From Octopus bimaculoides (lineage: Eukaryota), in NCBI RefSeq assembly GCF_001194135.2, contig NC_068981.1:194579252-194643251 (forward strand): a stretch of DNA of 64,000 bases. Reading direction: 5' to 3'. Every line of letters starts with the position of its first letter. Within the stretch, counting starts at the first letter, position 1. Below the pieces are notes generated by a model. The model saw only the letters and a program-made list of their open reading frames with translations, searched no databases and was not told the origin of the DNA. The translations under genes and the position numbers were made by a program. Positions 62,578 to 64,000 of this stretch are shown here, in pieces.

Positions 62578-62772
62578 TATCTGTAATGTAATATACAACA
62601 ATTATTCGGTTGCCATAATAAAACTCTGAGTTTCGGATGTCGGGGCAGAAATCTGCTCTGGCATCAGCATTTTTGTTTGTCTTAATTGACAAGATGCCGG
62701 AGCAGATTTCTGCCCCAACATCCAAAACTCGGAGTTTTATTATGGCAACTGAATAATTGTCACATATATTAC

Positions 62773-62777
<5 letters not shown>
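62578..62777. mobile_element. Foldback MITE-like element (about 85-bp inverted arms)
   Basis: 62578-62665 pairs with 62693-62777; adjacent to (TA)n. Confidence 0.7.
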
Positions 62778-62825
<48 letters not shown>

Positions 62826-62830
<5 letters not shown>

Positions 62831-63170
62831 GGAGGCACAATAGTTCAGTGGTTAGGGCAGCAGACTCGCGGTTTCGATTCCCACACCAGGCGACATGAGT
62901 GTTTATTGGGCTAAAACTCCACAAGGCTCCAGCAGGGGGCTTGTGGCGAACCCTGCTGTACTCTTTCACCACAGCTTTCTCTCTTCTTGTTTCTGTTGTA
63001 CCTGTATTTCAAAGGGGCCAACCTTGTCACACTCTGTGTCACGCTGAATCTCCCCAAGAACTACATTAAGGGTACACGTGTCTGTGGAGTGCTCAACCAC
63101 TTGCATGTTAATTTCACGAGCAGGTTGCTCCGTTGATTGGATCAACTGGAACCCTTGTCGTCATAACCGA
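62826..63170 (+). mobile_element. tRNA-derived SINE, further family (second copy at about 51005-51345 on - strand)
   Basis: Head GGAGGCACAATAGTTCAGTGGTTAGGG..GGTTTCGATTCCC; body shared with 51005-51345. Confidence 0.75.
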
Positions 63171-64000
63171 TATACACACACACACACAATTACACATCAG
63201 AAGTAAAAAAAAAAATTTTTTTTTAATTTAATTCCAAGCACAACTGCATTAATTTTTTATGAGGTTCAACATAATTATTGCTATAATTACCACAATTACA
63301 ACCACTACTGCTGTTAAAGCTTCCAGAAAAAATGCCTCACAGTATTTCTTGCAGTTCTTTACATTCTGAGTTCAAATCCTGCCAAGGTCAACTTTGCCTT
63401 TTATCATCCCAGGGTTGATAAAATAAAGAACCAGTCAAGTACTGGAGTTGATAGAATCGACTAACCCCTCCCCATCAAATTTCAGGCCTTGTAACTATGC
63501 TAGAAATAATTATTAAATTTCTCTCTCTACACTGAAGTAATATCTAATTTCTGAGAAACCCACTATCTTCACGGTGCAGCTTTAATATAAAAAGTTATAT
63601 TTAAAAAAAAACAAAAACAAACAAAAAAATCCCTGATCCCTATATTACACACACACACACACACACACTCTCTCTCTCATCTCTAATTTCACTGCAGCTT
63701 TACCCACGTTATTGCAAATTACCACTTAATTATTATTATTGTATTTCACCTCACTTCCTCTCAGGTTTTGCTTCACCTTTACCCCCAGATTAATATATTT
63801 AAGAACTAAGGCGGTGACCTACCGCAATTTGTAGCATGTTGGGCCGAAATGCTAAACACCATTTCTTCCGTCTTTGTGTTCTGAGTTCAAATTCTGCCAA
63901 GGTCAATTTTTTGCCTTTTATCCTTTCAGGGTCACTAAATTAAGTACCAGTAGAACACTGGGGTTGATGTAATCGACTTACCCCTCCCCCAAAATTGCTG

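Overview
Eukaryotic, AT-rich, microsatellite- and transposon-dense genomic DNA with several N gaps. The repeat families resemble those of Octopus; this is an inference. The window holds the 3' part of one + strand gene, LYST (lysosomal trafficking regulator, Chediak-Higashi/beige/mauve ortholog). I traced 40 GT-AG exons from 656 to 55014 with unbroken reading phase, covering ConA-like/ARM regions, PH, BEACH and WD40. The 5' part lies upstream of the window. The terminal exon and probably one internal exon were not found and likely fall in N gaps. Introns contain RTE-LINE 3' fragments, several tRNA-derived SINE families, R4/Dong-like LINE fragments inserted in (TAA)n, Tc1/mariner and piggyBac-type MITEs, and minisatellites. 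The most notable signal is a set of short, non-coding, sequence-distinct elements carrying minimal type-I hammerhead ribozyme motifs (CUGANGA, stem II, GAAA, palindromic stem III, UH). Several show Penelope-style inverted or tandem ends. One family fuses a tRNA-Arg-like Pol III head, an (AAT)n tract and a hammerhead, and its (AAT)n tract serves as a landing site for the R4/Dong LINE. All structures were read by eye; no folding or database search was run.
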